Of a stretch of DNA of 64,000 nt, positions 29,493 through 38,918 are shown in pieces. The position numbers and the translations under genes were made by a program. Each line of letters opens with the position of its first letter. The stretch's first letter is position 1. The notes under the pieces were generated by a model. That model saw only the letters and a list, made by a program, of their open reading frames with translations, searched no databases and was not told the DNA's origin. Source of the DNA: a candidate division FCPU426 bacterium (GTDB lineage Bacteria > Oederibacteriota > Muellerivitia > Muellerivitales > Muellerivitaceae); assembly GCA_963796105.1 (NCBI GenBank), contig CAWCKJ010000004.1, positions 736,001 to 800,000 of the forward strand. The letters run 5' to 3'.

Positions 29493-30146
29493 TTACGGGC
29501 AGCTTTGAATGTAAAAAGGCATCGGGTGGTTGGGTGAGGCGGAGCCGCCGGTTAATGGATTGGGTAAAGCGCCGGTATAGGTGCCGGTTTTCGTGTAAAA
29601 ACTGGTTGTATAGGAAGAGTCGGGCCCGGACCCAAAATCACTTTGGGCGCTGTTCGCGACCCAATAGGACCCGGCGGGCAGCGCCACGCTTGAGAAAGTC
29701 ACGGCGTTCCAGGAAGTGGATGTAGCGCTCACGACAGCGCTTGCCAGAAGGTTATTAGGCGCGCCCGCGTTGTCGTCGTACAAGCCCAGTACGATATTCC
29801 CCGCGGTGGCGGTCCCGGCGACGTAAATGGCGACCGCGGAGGCGTTCTCCGCGGCGGAAAGGGTTACTGCGAAGGCATAAATGTTGCCGGTAGGATGGGT
29901 GACGGTGGCGGTTGTGGTGTTTGTGTCGCCCGTCTCATGACAGGTTGTCGGGGTGGGCGTCGGGGTGGAAGTGATAGTCGGTGAATTAGTGATAGTCGGC
30001 GTAGGGGTGGAAGTGGGGGTGTTCGTGGGAGAAGATTTGGAAGGGGTATTGGGGCTATTGTTGGAACTGCAGGAAACGCCTAGGGCGGCCGTTGTGGCGA
30101 GGATCAAGATGAAACACCAAATGGATTTATCGCGAATACCGGGCAT
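29493..30146 (-). CDS. Lipoprotein: Thr/Pro linker + DUF4082-like beta-sandwich
   Basis: LGVS-C-SSNNSP; LGLYDDNAGAPNNLLAS..WNAVTF..LPAGSYWVA. Confidence 0.8.
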   Translation of the reverse strand: MPGIRDKSIWCFILILATTAALGVSCSSNNSPNTPSKSSPTNTPTSTPTPTITNSPTITSTPTPTPTTCHETGDTNTTTATVTHPTGNIYAFAVTLSAAENASAVAIYVAGTATAGNIVLGLYDDNAGAPNNLLASAVVSATSTSWNAVTFSSVALPAGSYWVANSAQSDFGSGPDSSYTTSFYTKTGTYTGALPNPLTGGSASPNHPMPFYIQSCP

Positions 30147-30210
30147 AGGAGACCTCCATGGATTTTTTAAAATCCGGAAGGTTAAAAATCAGCCTTTCAG
30201 AAGTCTCCCC
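30147..30210 (-). promoter_or_regulatory. Conserved structured 5' leader (SD-sequestering), copy 1
   Basis: GGAGACTTC pairs with GGAGGTCTCC; near-identical to 35688..35751. Confidence 0.55.
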
Positions 30211-30317
30211 TTTAAATGTTGGATGAATTATACATTACCAGGCTTCAAGACCCTATGTTTCATTACAAGTTTCCATTTTGAACTTCGCGGAGAAAATGGG
30301 GGGAAGAGACCCGGCGG

Positions 30318-31331
30318 TTAAGGCGAATACCAGACGTCGTTGAAATAAGCGGGCGGTATATGAGTGTAGCCCCCGAGGATCCACATGTGGTTGTTGAAGA
30401 CCGTCCAGGACATGAATTCCTTCGCCGTGAACGACGCGCCCGTTGAGGCCGTGGCCTGGGTCCAAATGTTGCCGTCGTAGGAATACCAGGCGTCGTTATA
30501 CACGCTGGTTCCCACCCCGCCGATGATCCACATGGCCCCGTCATAAACCATGAAAGCGGGATTGAAGCGCGAGCCGAACTCGGCGGAGGCCGTGACCTCG
30601 GTCCAATGGGCGCCGTCGGTTGATTTCCAAACGTCACAGCCGGTGCCGCCGATGCCAGCGATCACCCAAAGGGCGTTGTTGTAGGCGAGCAGGGCGTGGC
30701 CGTAGCGGCCGGGAAAAGGCGCGCTGGCAGTGACCGTGCTCCAATTCACCCCGTCGGCGGAGGAGAGCACGTCGTTCAAGGGATTGAGGTCGTACCCCCC
30801 CACCATCCAGATCTTCCCGTTGAGGACCGCGGTCACCTCGTTGCCCCTGGGGGAGTAGGTGGCGGAACCGCTGGGGACCGCCTGGATCCAGGTGACCCCG
30901 TCGGAACTGTGCCAGGCGTCGTTGGCGACCGTCGGCATGCTTCCCGCGTAAACCCACATTTCGTTATTAAAGACCGCGCCGCCGAAAAAGCCCCTGGGGG
31001 TAAAGGAGGTGGCGACGGGGGCCACTGACCAGCTGACCCCGTCGGAGGAATGCCAGGTATCGTTCGTCACCCCCTCGGCCTCGGCGTCCCCGCCCAGGAC
31101 CCACATCTCATTGTTGAAGGTCAGGCTTAAATGGCCGTAGCGAGCGGCCCAAGGGGCGGCGGCGGTAGTCTCATACCAATTCTCTCCCACATTGGGATTC
31201 ATGACCGGGGTGCCGGTCCCATTAACCGTCACGGGTGCGGAGGGGGAATTGTTGTTGCTACAGGCCATGGGCAGGCAGGCCGCACAGGCCAGGATGACCG
31301 GCAACGGGATAAAGCCTAAGGCTTTTTTCAT
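30318..31331 (-). CDS. Kelch-like beta-propeller lipoprotein
   Basis: LPMA-C-SNNNSP; repeats MWVxGG..NDVWxSxDGxxW. Confidence 0.85.
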   Translation of the reverse strand: MKKALGFIPLPVILACAACLPMACSNNNSPSAPVTVNGTGTPVMNPNVGENWYETTAAAPWAARYGHLSLTFNNEMWVLGGDAEAEGVTNDTWHSSDGVSWSVAPVATSFTPRGFFGGAVFNNEMWVYAGSMPTVANDAWHSSDGVTWIQAVPSGSATYSPRGNEVTAVLNGKIWMVGGYDLNPLNDVLSSADGVNWSTVTASAPFPGRYGHALLAYNNALWVIAGIGGTGCDVWKSTDGAHWTEVTASAEFGSRFNPAFMVYDGAMWIIGGVGTSVYNDAWYSYDGNIWTQATASTGASFTAKEFMSWTVFNNHMWILGGYTHIPPAYFNDVWYSP

Positions 31332-31566
31332 CTCTCCCTCTTTCCCCACTTAATTTTCATTTCAAATAGTAGTCACAAGGAAGCGATAAAATCAAGCCAG
31401 GCACCCCGCGGAAACCTGCCATAAGGTATTGCCGGACCTGCGGACAGGTCTGGCGGCGGTCAAGGAAGTGGTACGAGGAGGACCCCGGATTCGAGGGCCT
31501 AATTAGTGAGCATAAAATGAAAACCTGATCCGATACGTTCAAAAATCTCCCCCGAACCCAAATCTC

Positions 31567-31610
31567 TTGACGGCGGAAGAGGGCCAGGATATTATAGGAT
31601 TAGTCCTATA
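31567..31610 (+). promoter_or_regulatory. Sigma-70 promoter with overlapping palindromic operator (probably the PadR site)
   Basis: TTGACG-17-TATTAT; inverted repeat tatagga-ttag-tcctata (31593..31610). Confidence 0.65.
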
Positions 31611-31638
31611 TATGATAAATCCTGCATAGGGAGGCTCC

Positions 31639-32217
31639 ATGTCACTCGACCACGCGATCCTGGGTTTCCTCGGGTACGGGCCCCTTTCGGGCTATGACCT
31701 GAAATCACGCTTCGACCTCTCGGTGGCGCACTTCTGGCCCGCGGACCAGAGCCACATCTACCGCATCCTGGCCAAGCTGGACGAGCAGGGCTACACGAAG
31801 GTCAAGGTGGTGAAGCAGGATACCAGGCCCGACCGGAAGGTTTATTCCATCACCCGGGCGGGGCGGGAGGAACTCCACCGCTGGATTTCCACCCCGCAGG
31901 AGGGGGATTCCGGCCGCAGCGCCTCGCTGGTCCAGGTTTTTTTCTCCGGCCAGCTCAGCGACGGTGAGATTCTCGGGATCTTCCGCAGGGCGGCGGCGCA
32001 ATGCCGGGAGGGGCTGGGGAAGCTCCGCAAGATCCCCCCGAAGGCCCAGGCTTTCGCCGAGGAATTCCACGATCCACGGGAGGCCTGGTGCTGGTTCCTG
32101 ACCCTGGAATGCGGAATCCGCATGACGGAAGCGAAACTGGCCTGGTTCGAGGATGTCATTAAGCGGATCGGGAAGGGGGAAATCCCCAAGGCTCGCAAGC
32201 GCAAGGAGAAACCATGA
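31639..32217 (+). CDS. PadR-family transcriptional regulator (with C-terminal Vir_act_alpha-like domain)
   Basis: AILGFL..SGYDLK..FW..SHIY..RPDRKVYSIT.AGREEL. Confidence 0.93.
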   Translation: MSLDHAILGFLGYGPLSGYDLKSRFDLSVAHFWPADQSHIYRILAKLDEQGYTKVKVVKQDTRPDRKVYSITRAGREELHRWISTPQEGDSGRSASLVQVFFSGQLSDGEILGIFRRAAAQCREGLGKLRKIPPKAQAFAEEFHDPREAWCWFLTLECGIRMTEAKLAWFEDVIKRIGKGEIPKARKRKEKP

Positions 32218-32789
32218 AAACCTTGATCCTGCATGCTCATACGAAGGACGACGTCCTGGGGAACGCCATCCACCGGACGCTATGCGGGGCGCTGGCGGCG
32301 CGGGGCTGGGAAACGGAAACGAAGGCGGCGGCCGAATTGCGCGTGAGCCCCTGCGTGGGGTGCTTCAACTGCTGGGCGAAAACCCCCGGCATTTGCTCCA
32401 GCAACGACGACGGGCGGGAAATAGCGAGGGCCAGGGCGAATTGCGACGCCTTCATCGTCCTGAGCCGTGTGACCTTCGGGGGTTATTCCAGCGCCTTGAA
32501 GCGCGCGATGGAACGCAACCTCCCGAACCTTTGGCCCCTCTTTATCAAGGTGCGCGGCGAGATGCACCATCCCCAGCGCTACCGCAGGCACGGCTTCCTG
32601 GCCTTGGGCTGGCAGGTGGAGCCGGACCAAGAAAGCGCCGAAATCTTCACCCGTTTGGCCGGGCGCAACGCCTTGAACATGCAATCCACCGTCTCGGGAA
32701 GCCTGGTGCTTCACGGGGGTCAAACACCGGAAGACCGCCGGTCCCAGGTAGAACAGCTTTTATCGAAATTGGAGGAAGTCCATGGCTAA
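32214..32789 (+). CDS. Flavodoxin/iron-sulfur flavoprotein-like protein
   Basis: CVGCFNCWAKTPGIC..DD, VTFGGYSSALK. Confidence 0.85.
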   Translation: MKTLILHAHTKDDVLGNAIHRTLCGALAARGWETETKAAAELRVSPCVGCFNCWAKTPGICSSNDDGREIARARANCDAFIVLSRVTFGGYSSALKRAMERNLPNLWPLFIKVRGEMHHPQRYRRHGFLALGWQVEPDQESAEIFTRLAGRNALNMQSTVSGSLVLHGGQTPEDRRSQVEQLLSKLEEVHG

Positions 32790-33441
32790 AAAATTCCTCG
32801 CCCTCGTCGGAAGCCCCAGGACGGACAGCACTTCCGAAAAACTGGCGCAATACCTGGTGGACGGCCTCGCGGACCTTGGCTGGCAGGCCCAAGCGCTCGC
32901 CGCCTGTTCGGCCATCCGCAGGGAGGAGCAATGGCCCGTTTTGGAGGAGGCTTACCGGAAAGCGGACACGGTCGCCATCGTCACCCCCCTCTACGTGGAC
33001 AGCCTGCCGGCCGAGTTGACCGCGGCCCTGGAGCGCCTGGCCCCGGCTCGCGCCGAGAAATCCGGCCGGATTTTCGCCGTGGTCAATTGCGGTTTCGCCG
33101 AATCGCATCAGAACGACGTGGCCCTGGAAATCTGCCGGCTTTTCGCCCGCGACGCGGGCCTCCATTGGATGGGCGGCCTTGCCATCGGCGGAGGGGGGAT
33201 GTTTTCAGACGGTCCCCTGGAAAAGCAGGGGGGAAAGGCGGGGAATATCACCGCCGCTTTCGACCAGGTCATCAACGCCTTGGACCAAGGGCTGGATATC
33301 CCCGAGTCCGCTGCGGCCGGGATCCGCAAACTGCCAATCCCCAAATGGCTTTATTTCACCCTTGGGAACCTGGGAATGGTCATTGAGGCCGCCAAGAACG
33401 GCAATCTTTTCAGGATAGGGGCAAGGCCGTACCGGCAATAA
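32782..33441 (+). CDS. NAD(P)H-dependent FMN reductase/flavodoxin-like protein
   Basis: GSPRTDSTS, PLYVDSLP, VNCGFAE, GGGG. Confidence 0.85.
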   Translation: MAKKFLALVGSPRTDSTSEKLAQYLVDGLADLGWQAQALAACSAIRREEQWPVLEEAYRKADTVAIVTPLYVDSLPAELTAALERLAPARAEKSGRIFAVVNCGFAESHQNDVALEICRLFARDAGLHWMGGLAIGGGGMFSDGPLEKQGGKAGNITAAFDQVINALDQGLDIPESAAAGIRKLPIPKWLYFTLGNLGMVIEAAKNGNLFRIGARPYRQ

Positions 33442-34257
33442 ACCCCTTAACCGGCGGAAAACCTTTAAAAACCAATTTTTGGAATTGAATTCAAAATTTG
33501 GGTGGAATTCCGGGCCAATCTTTCCATAAAGAAAGATTAAATGGAGATTGGTACGGTACAGGCCGCATGAGGCCACCAGCCGAGTGCGAGGGTTGCCAGC
33601 GCAGATTTATAGTAAATCTGTACCAGCCTCACTATTTGCTTTATGGAAGGCCTATGCGTCAAGGTTTCAAGCCGAGATGCGCTCCTGGTGTGCCGGGCCA
33701 CAAAAACCCCGGCCGCTTAATTGGTGTTTTTGAATTCCAAAATTTGGTTATTGTCGACACTCGACACGTAGAGGTTGCCCGAACCGTCCAAGGCAAGACC
33801 CACGGGGCCCTGAAAATAATTGTTTCCAAAAGTCACTCCGGCGGTATAGGTGGTCCCGGAGGACGCGGGGTTGAATTCCTGGATATAACCAGGTAACGCG
33901 CACTGGGACACCAGCACGTTCCCGGCGCTGTCCACGGCGATGCCAATCGGCAGGGTTAAGCCGGAAGCGCGAAAGGAAACCGGGCTCCCGCCGGCCGGGC
34001 CGTACTTGACGGCATCCGACGTCGCCCCACCGGTCAAATTCGCCACATAAACATTGTTGTTTGAATCCAGTGCCAGATATTCCGGGATATCCAAGACGCC
34101 CGCGCCTGAACTGGTGGAGCTGAAGGCGCCGATATAAGTAAAGGTTTTTGGGGTCGTGGTATTGTCGATGGAATAAACCAAAATCGCCGGCGTCGCGGTT
34201 GTTTCCGTGACATAAAGGGTTGTGCCGGCCGAATTGACCGCCACGCCTTCGACTTTC

Positions 34258-35245
34258 AATGCCTCTCCAAACGGTACCTGTTGAAATAAAGGAATACAGG
34301 AGTATACTCATTGTTGGAGGGGCAAATTATGAACTACCAACGGATGAAGGGGATTGAGATTTTCAAGGAAATCGATACAGAAGAAAAGGCACGTCAATGG
34401 GTGTGGAAGAGCCGTTTTGCCGGAAAAGACTTTGTTTGCCCACAATGTGAAGGAGAAAGTTTCTGGCAACACAAAAACCGCCCCGAAGTGCGGGAATGTG
34501 ACTATTGTCGAAAGCAAATACGGCTTCGAGCCGGAACGATCTTCCGGAAATCCAAGATCCCAATCTTAACCTGGTTGAGGATGATTGGATTGGTGATGCA
34601 AGGGAAAAGGGGCATTTCAGCCCTGGAACTTCAGCGGCAATTGGGAATGCCCTCCTACGATACCGTTTGGAGGATGTTGCATAAGATTCGGGAAAGTCTT
34701 CGACAAAGGGATGAAAATTACCAACTCAAGGAAATCATTGAGTTGGATGGGGCTGTATTCGGCAAGAGAGAAAAGGAAAACCAGGCTGAAGTGCTGGTGG
34801 CGGTTGAAAGCAAAGAATGGATAGATGAGAAAGGGCGCAAAAAAGAGAAAGCGGGTTTTGCAAAGATAAAGGTGACCGCAGAAACCAAGTGGGAAGCCCA
34901 AGCATTCGTCGATCAAGCAATCCAGAAAGGCGCCATGATAAACACGGATGCCAGTCCCAGCTTGAGAAACTTGGAAAACGTGGATGTGGAGTACCAGGTA
35001 ACAGCCAATGACCCAGTGGTGTTAAATCACTGGTTACCTTGGGTCCACCGATTCATTTCCAACGCCAAGGCTTGGATCCTAGGAACCCATCATGGAGTCA
35101 ACGTGAAATATCTGCCTGGATACTTGAGCGAATATACTTATCGGTTCAATCGTCGCCATGACCCAGATTCCTTATTTCACCGGGCCTTAACCGCTTGCGC
35201 TTTGGCAAAACCCATTACTGCGCAAGCGTTGTTCGGATAGGCATG
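34258..35245 (+). mobile_element. IS1595-family insertion sequence (~988 bp)
   Basis: 8-bp TSD cgactttc at 34250..34257 and 35246..35253; imperfect TIRs aatgcctctccaaac / catgcctatccgaac (reverse complement). Confidence 0.92.
34329..35240 (+). CDS. IS1595-family DDE transposase
   Basis: Zn ribbon CPQC..CDYC, ISALELQRQLG HTH, IELDG, TDA, GTHHGV..YLSEYTYRFNRR. Confidence 0.95.
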   Translation: MNYQRMKGIEIFKEIDTEEKARQWVWKSRFAGKDFVCPQCEGESFWQHKNRPEVRECDYCRKQIRLRAGTIFRKSKIPILTWLRMIGLVMQGKRGISALELQRQLGMPSYDTVWRMLHKIRESLRQRDENYQLKEIIELDGAVFGKREKENQAEVLVAVESKEWIDEKGRKKEKAGFAKIKVTAETKWEAQAFVDQAIQKGAMINTDASPSLRNLENVDVEYQVTANDPVVLNHWLPWVHRFISNAKAWILGTHHGVNVKYLPGYLSEYTYRFNRRHDPDSLFHRALTACALAKPITAQALFG

Positions 35246-35687
35246 CGACTTTCGTTAGGCCCGTGATGACGGTTTGGTAGGCCCCGGTGGAGGAAAATAC
35301 TTCGATCTGGCCGTTTCCCCAGTCCCCTAAGTAGATCGTTCCATCAGGGCCGATATTCGCCTGGGTCAGGCCGTCAAAAGTAGCGGAACCGTTATAGGCG
35401 GAAATGGTCGTCACCGATAGGCCTGACGTGGTGAATTCCTCTAAATCCCCAGCCGTCGTGTAAGTATTAACGATCCATAAGTGGCCGTTATAGTAACTAA
35501 TGCTCCGGGGGGAAAAAGTACTCGGCCCTGAAATCACCGTCACCGCCGTGGTGGAATAAGCCGGCGTTGAGGCGGGCTTCGCCGGGGAAGCGGGACTATT
35601 GTTGGAACTGCAGGAAGCGCTCAGGACGGCTGTTGCCGCGAGGATTAAGATGAAACACCAAATGGATTTATCGCGAATACCGGGCAT

Positions 35688-35800
35688 AGGAGACCTCCAT
35701 GGATTTTTTTAAATCCGGAAGGTTTAATAGCAACCTTTCAGAAGTCTCCCCAGATAAGAAACAACGGCTTTATCCTATCCCCGGCATACATATCGGTCAA
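35688..35800 (-). promoter_or_regulatory. Conserved structured 5' leader copy 2 plus sigma-70 promoter
   Basis: Leader 35688..35751 matches 30147..30210; TTGACC-17-TAGGAT at 35800..35772. Confidence 0.55.
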
Positions 35801-35975
35801 CATAGTGTTCACTAGGAAACGATGAAATCAATCGGGCGACCCAAAATCTTCCACTAGGTACTGCCGGATTTATGCCCGGTTTCAGGGTTCCCAGCCAGTT
35901 CCCGGGACAATCAGTCCGTGCCGGCGAAAAACCTTTTTTCCCTTTAGATGTTCGCAAGCCGGTTGGCTGAATGGG

Positions 35976-36953
35976 TTAAAAGGCGAGGCCTATCCGCGTC
36001 CCGGGAATGGCGGCCGGGTAAAAGGTTGTCCGTGGAATATAGGAAATATTGAAATTCCAATTCCCGTACTGGTCCTGGTATTCGTTATAGACTTCCGTTT
36101 GGTTCGTGATGATTAAGAACCCGATCGCCCACTCCATCTCAAAATAAAAGTTGCCGTCGTTGATGAGGCTCAATCCGACCTTTAAATTAGGCCCGATCCA
36201 GGAGGAATTTTGGGATGGATCGTACGTATCGCTGTAGCCCCCAAACGCGATTCCCGCGCCCCAGAAAAAGGAAAGGTCCTTCGGACTGCTGTAAAACTTT
36301 ATCCTCGGCTCGATGGAATAGAGGGTGTCCTCAGAGGAGGGGATATACGAGAAGCCGACTCCGACGTTCGTCATGGGATTCAGGGAATACCCCAGGTCAA
36401 GGCCTAGTATGACCGGGGACCCGACGGCGAGCCCCATCTGGAAGCGGTTATCGTCCTTCGAGAATTGCGGCATGCCGTAATCCGCGATGTTTTTGGCCTC
36501 GGGGGAAAGGGTTTGGGTGGATTCCAAACCGCGCAGGGTATCGCGGGACTTCTCGATGAGGGATTGGCCTTGCTCGTACTGGGATAAGCCCAAAGTTTCC
36601 GAACCACTCTTTCCCGCTTGGACGGGAGCGGCCTCGGAACCATCGACGGGGCTGAGATTCGCGGCGAATTTCCCCAATTCGGCATTCGGGTGCAAGGCCA
36701 GGCTCTTCTTGAATGCATCCCTTGCGTCCGGGATGTCTTTCTCCTGGTAATAGCAATTACCCATCAATTGATAGGCTTCCCAGTTTTTGGGATCGTTCTT
36801 AACGGCGGCTTTCAGGGATTGGATGGATTTCGCGTAATCCTTTTGCTGGTAAGAAGCGAGGCCCGCTTGGTAATCGTCAGGGGCATCAGCCTTAGCGGTG
36901 TTGAGGGATAGGCAAACGAAGCATACGGCTAATATCAATCCGCGCTGGAACAT
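35976..36953 (-). CDS. Secreted TPR + C-terminal outer-membrane beta-barrel protein
   Basis: Signal peptide, TPRs (AYQLMGNCYYQEKDIPDARDAFKKSL), beta-strands, terminal Phe (RIGLAF); paralogue of 16623..17603. Confidence 0.75.
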   Translation of the reverse strand: MFQRGLILAVCFVCLSLNTAKADAPDDYQAGLASYQQKDYAKSIQSLKAAVKNDPKNWEAYQLMGNCYYQEKDIPDARDAFKKSLALHPNAELGKFAANLSPVDGSEAAPVQAGKSGSETLGLSQYEQGQSLIEKSRDTLRGLESTQTLSPEAKNIADYGMPQFSKDDNRFQMGLAVGSPVILGLDLGYSLNPMTNVGVGFSYIPSSEDTLYSIEPRIKFYSSPKDLSFFWGAGIAFGGYSDTYDPSQNSSWIGPNLKVGLSLINDGNFYFEMEWAIGFLIITNQTEVYNEYQDQYGNWNFNISYIPRTTFYPAAIPGTRIGLAF

Positions 36954-37197
36954 AAGGTACTCCCGTAATTGATTTAATACCGGGTGGCATTATCGAGGGA
37001 AAATCCGGGAAATGGAGGAATTTTTTTCATCGGAAATTGCTGGGATTCCCGCGGGCAGGGCTGGCGGCGGTAAGGAAATAGATTGAGGAGGATCCTGGAT
37101 TCGGGGCCCGGTTAGTTAATATAAAATGAAGACCTGACCCCAATAGTACGAGAACCCCCGAAGCCTTGGGCGTAGGGAGGGCTGGCCCCTTTTCCTT

Positions 37198-38334
37198 TTA
37201 TTGGAACGCCATGACGGTGGCCTTCCCGCCGTTTCCGGTGTCGCCGTAAGTCGCGTAGGGAATGCCGTTGTTGATTGCCAGGTTCAAATAATCCGACATG
37301 CCGGAGGAAAAACCCGGCGTTCCCACGTTCACCCATTGGCTCCCGTTAAAGGCCATCACGCAGGCGCGGTAATCGACCCCGGCGTCGGAAAATCCCACGT
37401 AAGGGGCGCCGTTGTTAAAGGCCAGGGAAGTTGACTGGGCGGCCCCCACGGAGAACCCCGGGGTTCCCACGTTCACCCATGAACCCCCGTTGTATTTCAT
37501 GACGGTCGCCTTGTTGGCGTGGGCGCCGTCCACGAAAGAGACGTAGGGCACGGCGTTGTCGATGGCCAGGGAAATATACTCGGCCGTTCCCGCCGAGAAA
37601 CCCGGGGTTCCCACGTTCACCCAGGAAGCCCCGTTGTAGTACATCACGGTGGCTTTGGCCCCATTCCCGAAATCCTGGAAAGCCACGTAGGGCGTGCTGT
37701 TGTTGAAAGCCAGGCTGGTGAAGTTGGCCTGTCCCGCGGAAAATCCAGCGGTCCCCACCGGGTCCCAGCTTCCGGTATAGACGTCCAAAGTCGCCTTTTG
37801 CGACTGGCTTCCGTCCTGGAAAGCCAAGTAAAAGTTCTGGTTGTTGCAGGCCAGGGAAAGGTAGACCGCCGTACCGGGGGTGAACCCCGCGTTCCCGGCG
37901 GTTCCCCAAGATCCCGAAGAGTAACCCATGACGATGGCCTTTTGGGTGGTGCTCAGGTCGGTGTAAGCCATCCAGAGGTCGCCGTAGCCGTCGCAGGCGA
38001 TGGAGGGCATGTAGGACTGTCCGATGGAAAAGTCCGGGATTCCCAGGGTCACCCAAGCGTTTCCATCGAAGGCCATCACCATGGCTTTGTTATTGTTCGC
38101 TCCGTCCTCGAAGCCCACGAATGGGAGGCCGCCCTCGAAAACAAGGGAGGTATAGGATGCCCCGCCGGGGCTGAACCAGGCGTTGCCCACGAGTTTCCAG
38201 GAGGCGTTGGGATTGAGGAACGGCGCGGGGCTGGGGCTGGAGGGGGATGAATTTTTCGCGCAGCCCAAGAGCAGGAACCCAGCGGATAACAACAAACAAA
38301 CGGCCGTCCAGCGTTGGAATTTTCCCATGATCAC
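37198..38334 (-). CDS. Beta-propeller repeat lipoprotein
   Basis: LLLG-C-AKNSSP; about seven repeats of WVNVGTPGFS.G.A..SLA..PYV.F.D..KATVM. Confidence 0.85.
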   Translation of the reverse strand: MIMGKFQRWTAVCLLLSAGFLLLGCAKNSSPSSPSPAPFLNPNASWKLVGNAWFSPGGASYTSLVFEGGLPFVGFEDGANNNKAMVMAFDGNAWVTLGIPDFSIGQSYMPSIACDGYGDLWMAYTDLSTTQKAIVMGYSSGSWGTAGNAGFTPGTAVYLSLACNNQNFYLAFQDGSQSQKATLDVYTGSWDPVGTAGFSAGQANFTSLAFNNSTPYVAFQDFGNGAKATVMYYNGASWVNVGTPGFSAGTAEYISLAIDNAVPYVSFVDGAHANKATVMKYNGGSWVNVGTPGFSVGAAQSTSLAFNNGAPYVGFSDAGVDYRACVMAFNGSQWVNVGTPGFSSGMSDYLNLAINNGIPYATYGDTGNGGKATVMAFQ

Positions 38335-38436
38335 CCTCCCCTTTTTCCGCCCTATTTATTTGAATAGGATGGAATCTAAGTTATATGGATTCTGGATAGC
38401 AAGGGGGGACATCTTTGTGAACTGGCTAATGGGCAC

Positions 38437-38698
38437 CTGCGGGCAGGGTTCTCGGCACTTGCGGGCAGGACTCCCCAGACCTGCGGGCAGGAGACCCCGA
38501 AATGCGGGCAGGAATGTGGGCGGGTTATCCTCCCTTGCCGACACATGTTCCCGGGAATGTGGGCGGTTTATCCCGTTCGGCGGCGGAAAACCGGCCTCTT
38601 GCCAATTAAGTTTACTGGGTTACGGGCTTCCAATACTAGGTTGTGGCATCTGCGGGCAGGGTTCTCGGCACTTGCGGGCAGGACTCCCCAGACCTGCG
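38437..38698. repeat. ~22-nt-period tgcgggcagg tandem repeats; 49-bp block duplicated
   Basis: tgcgggcagg at 38438, 38460, 38482, 38503, 38651 and 38673. Confidence 0.85.
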
Positions 38699-38918
38699 TG
38701 TGTCAGTTGGGCAATCAAATCTCACCATTCGCCTTGTTGGCTCATGGCAGATGGGTTAAGAATTGATGCCAAAAACAATGGACCCATTCGACCCCGCTGC
38801 TTTTAGGAATATTGAGGCGATACGCCTTAATCCGAGAATGACCGTGTTTGATACATTGCAATAGCATTGCAATATATTGCTTAAAGCTTATAATAGCGTT
38901 GCATTATAGGGAGGTCCC

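Larger units (their letters stand above)
33717..35687 (-). pseudogene. NHL-repeat lipoprotein gene interrupted by an IS1595-family element
   Basis: Removing the IS and one TSD copy joins ..TGLTKV|EGVAVNS.. in frame (324 aa); lipobox LSAS-C-SSNNSP; NHL repeats (PIGIAVDSAGNV, PVGLALDGSGNLYV). Confidence 0.88.

Noticed and set aside
37153..37182. cccccgaagccttgggcgtagggaggg and gtagggcagggcttcagg (near 45505) REP-like palindromes
   Set aside because: Single degenerate copies in this window; too little support to list as features
38437..38698. Possible CRISPR array
   Set aside because: 10-nt repeats with 11-12-nt fillers, fillers repeated, and no cas genes
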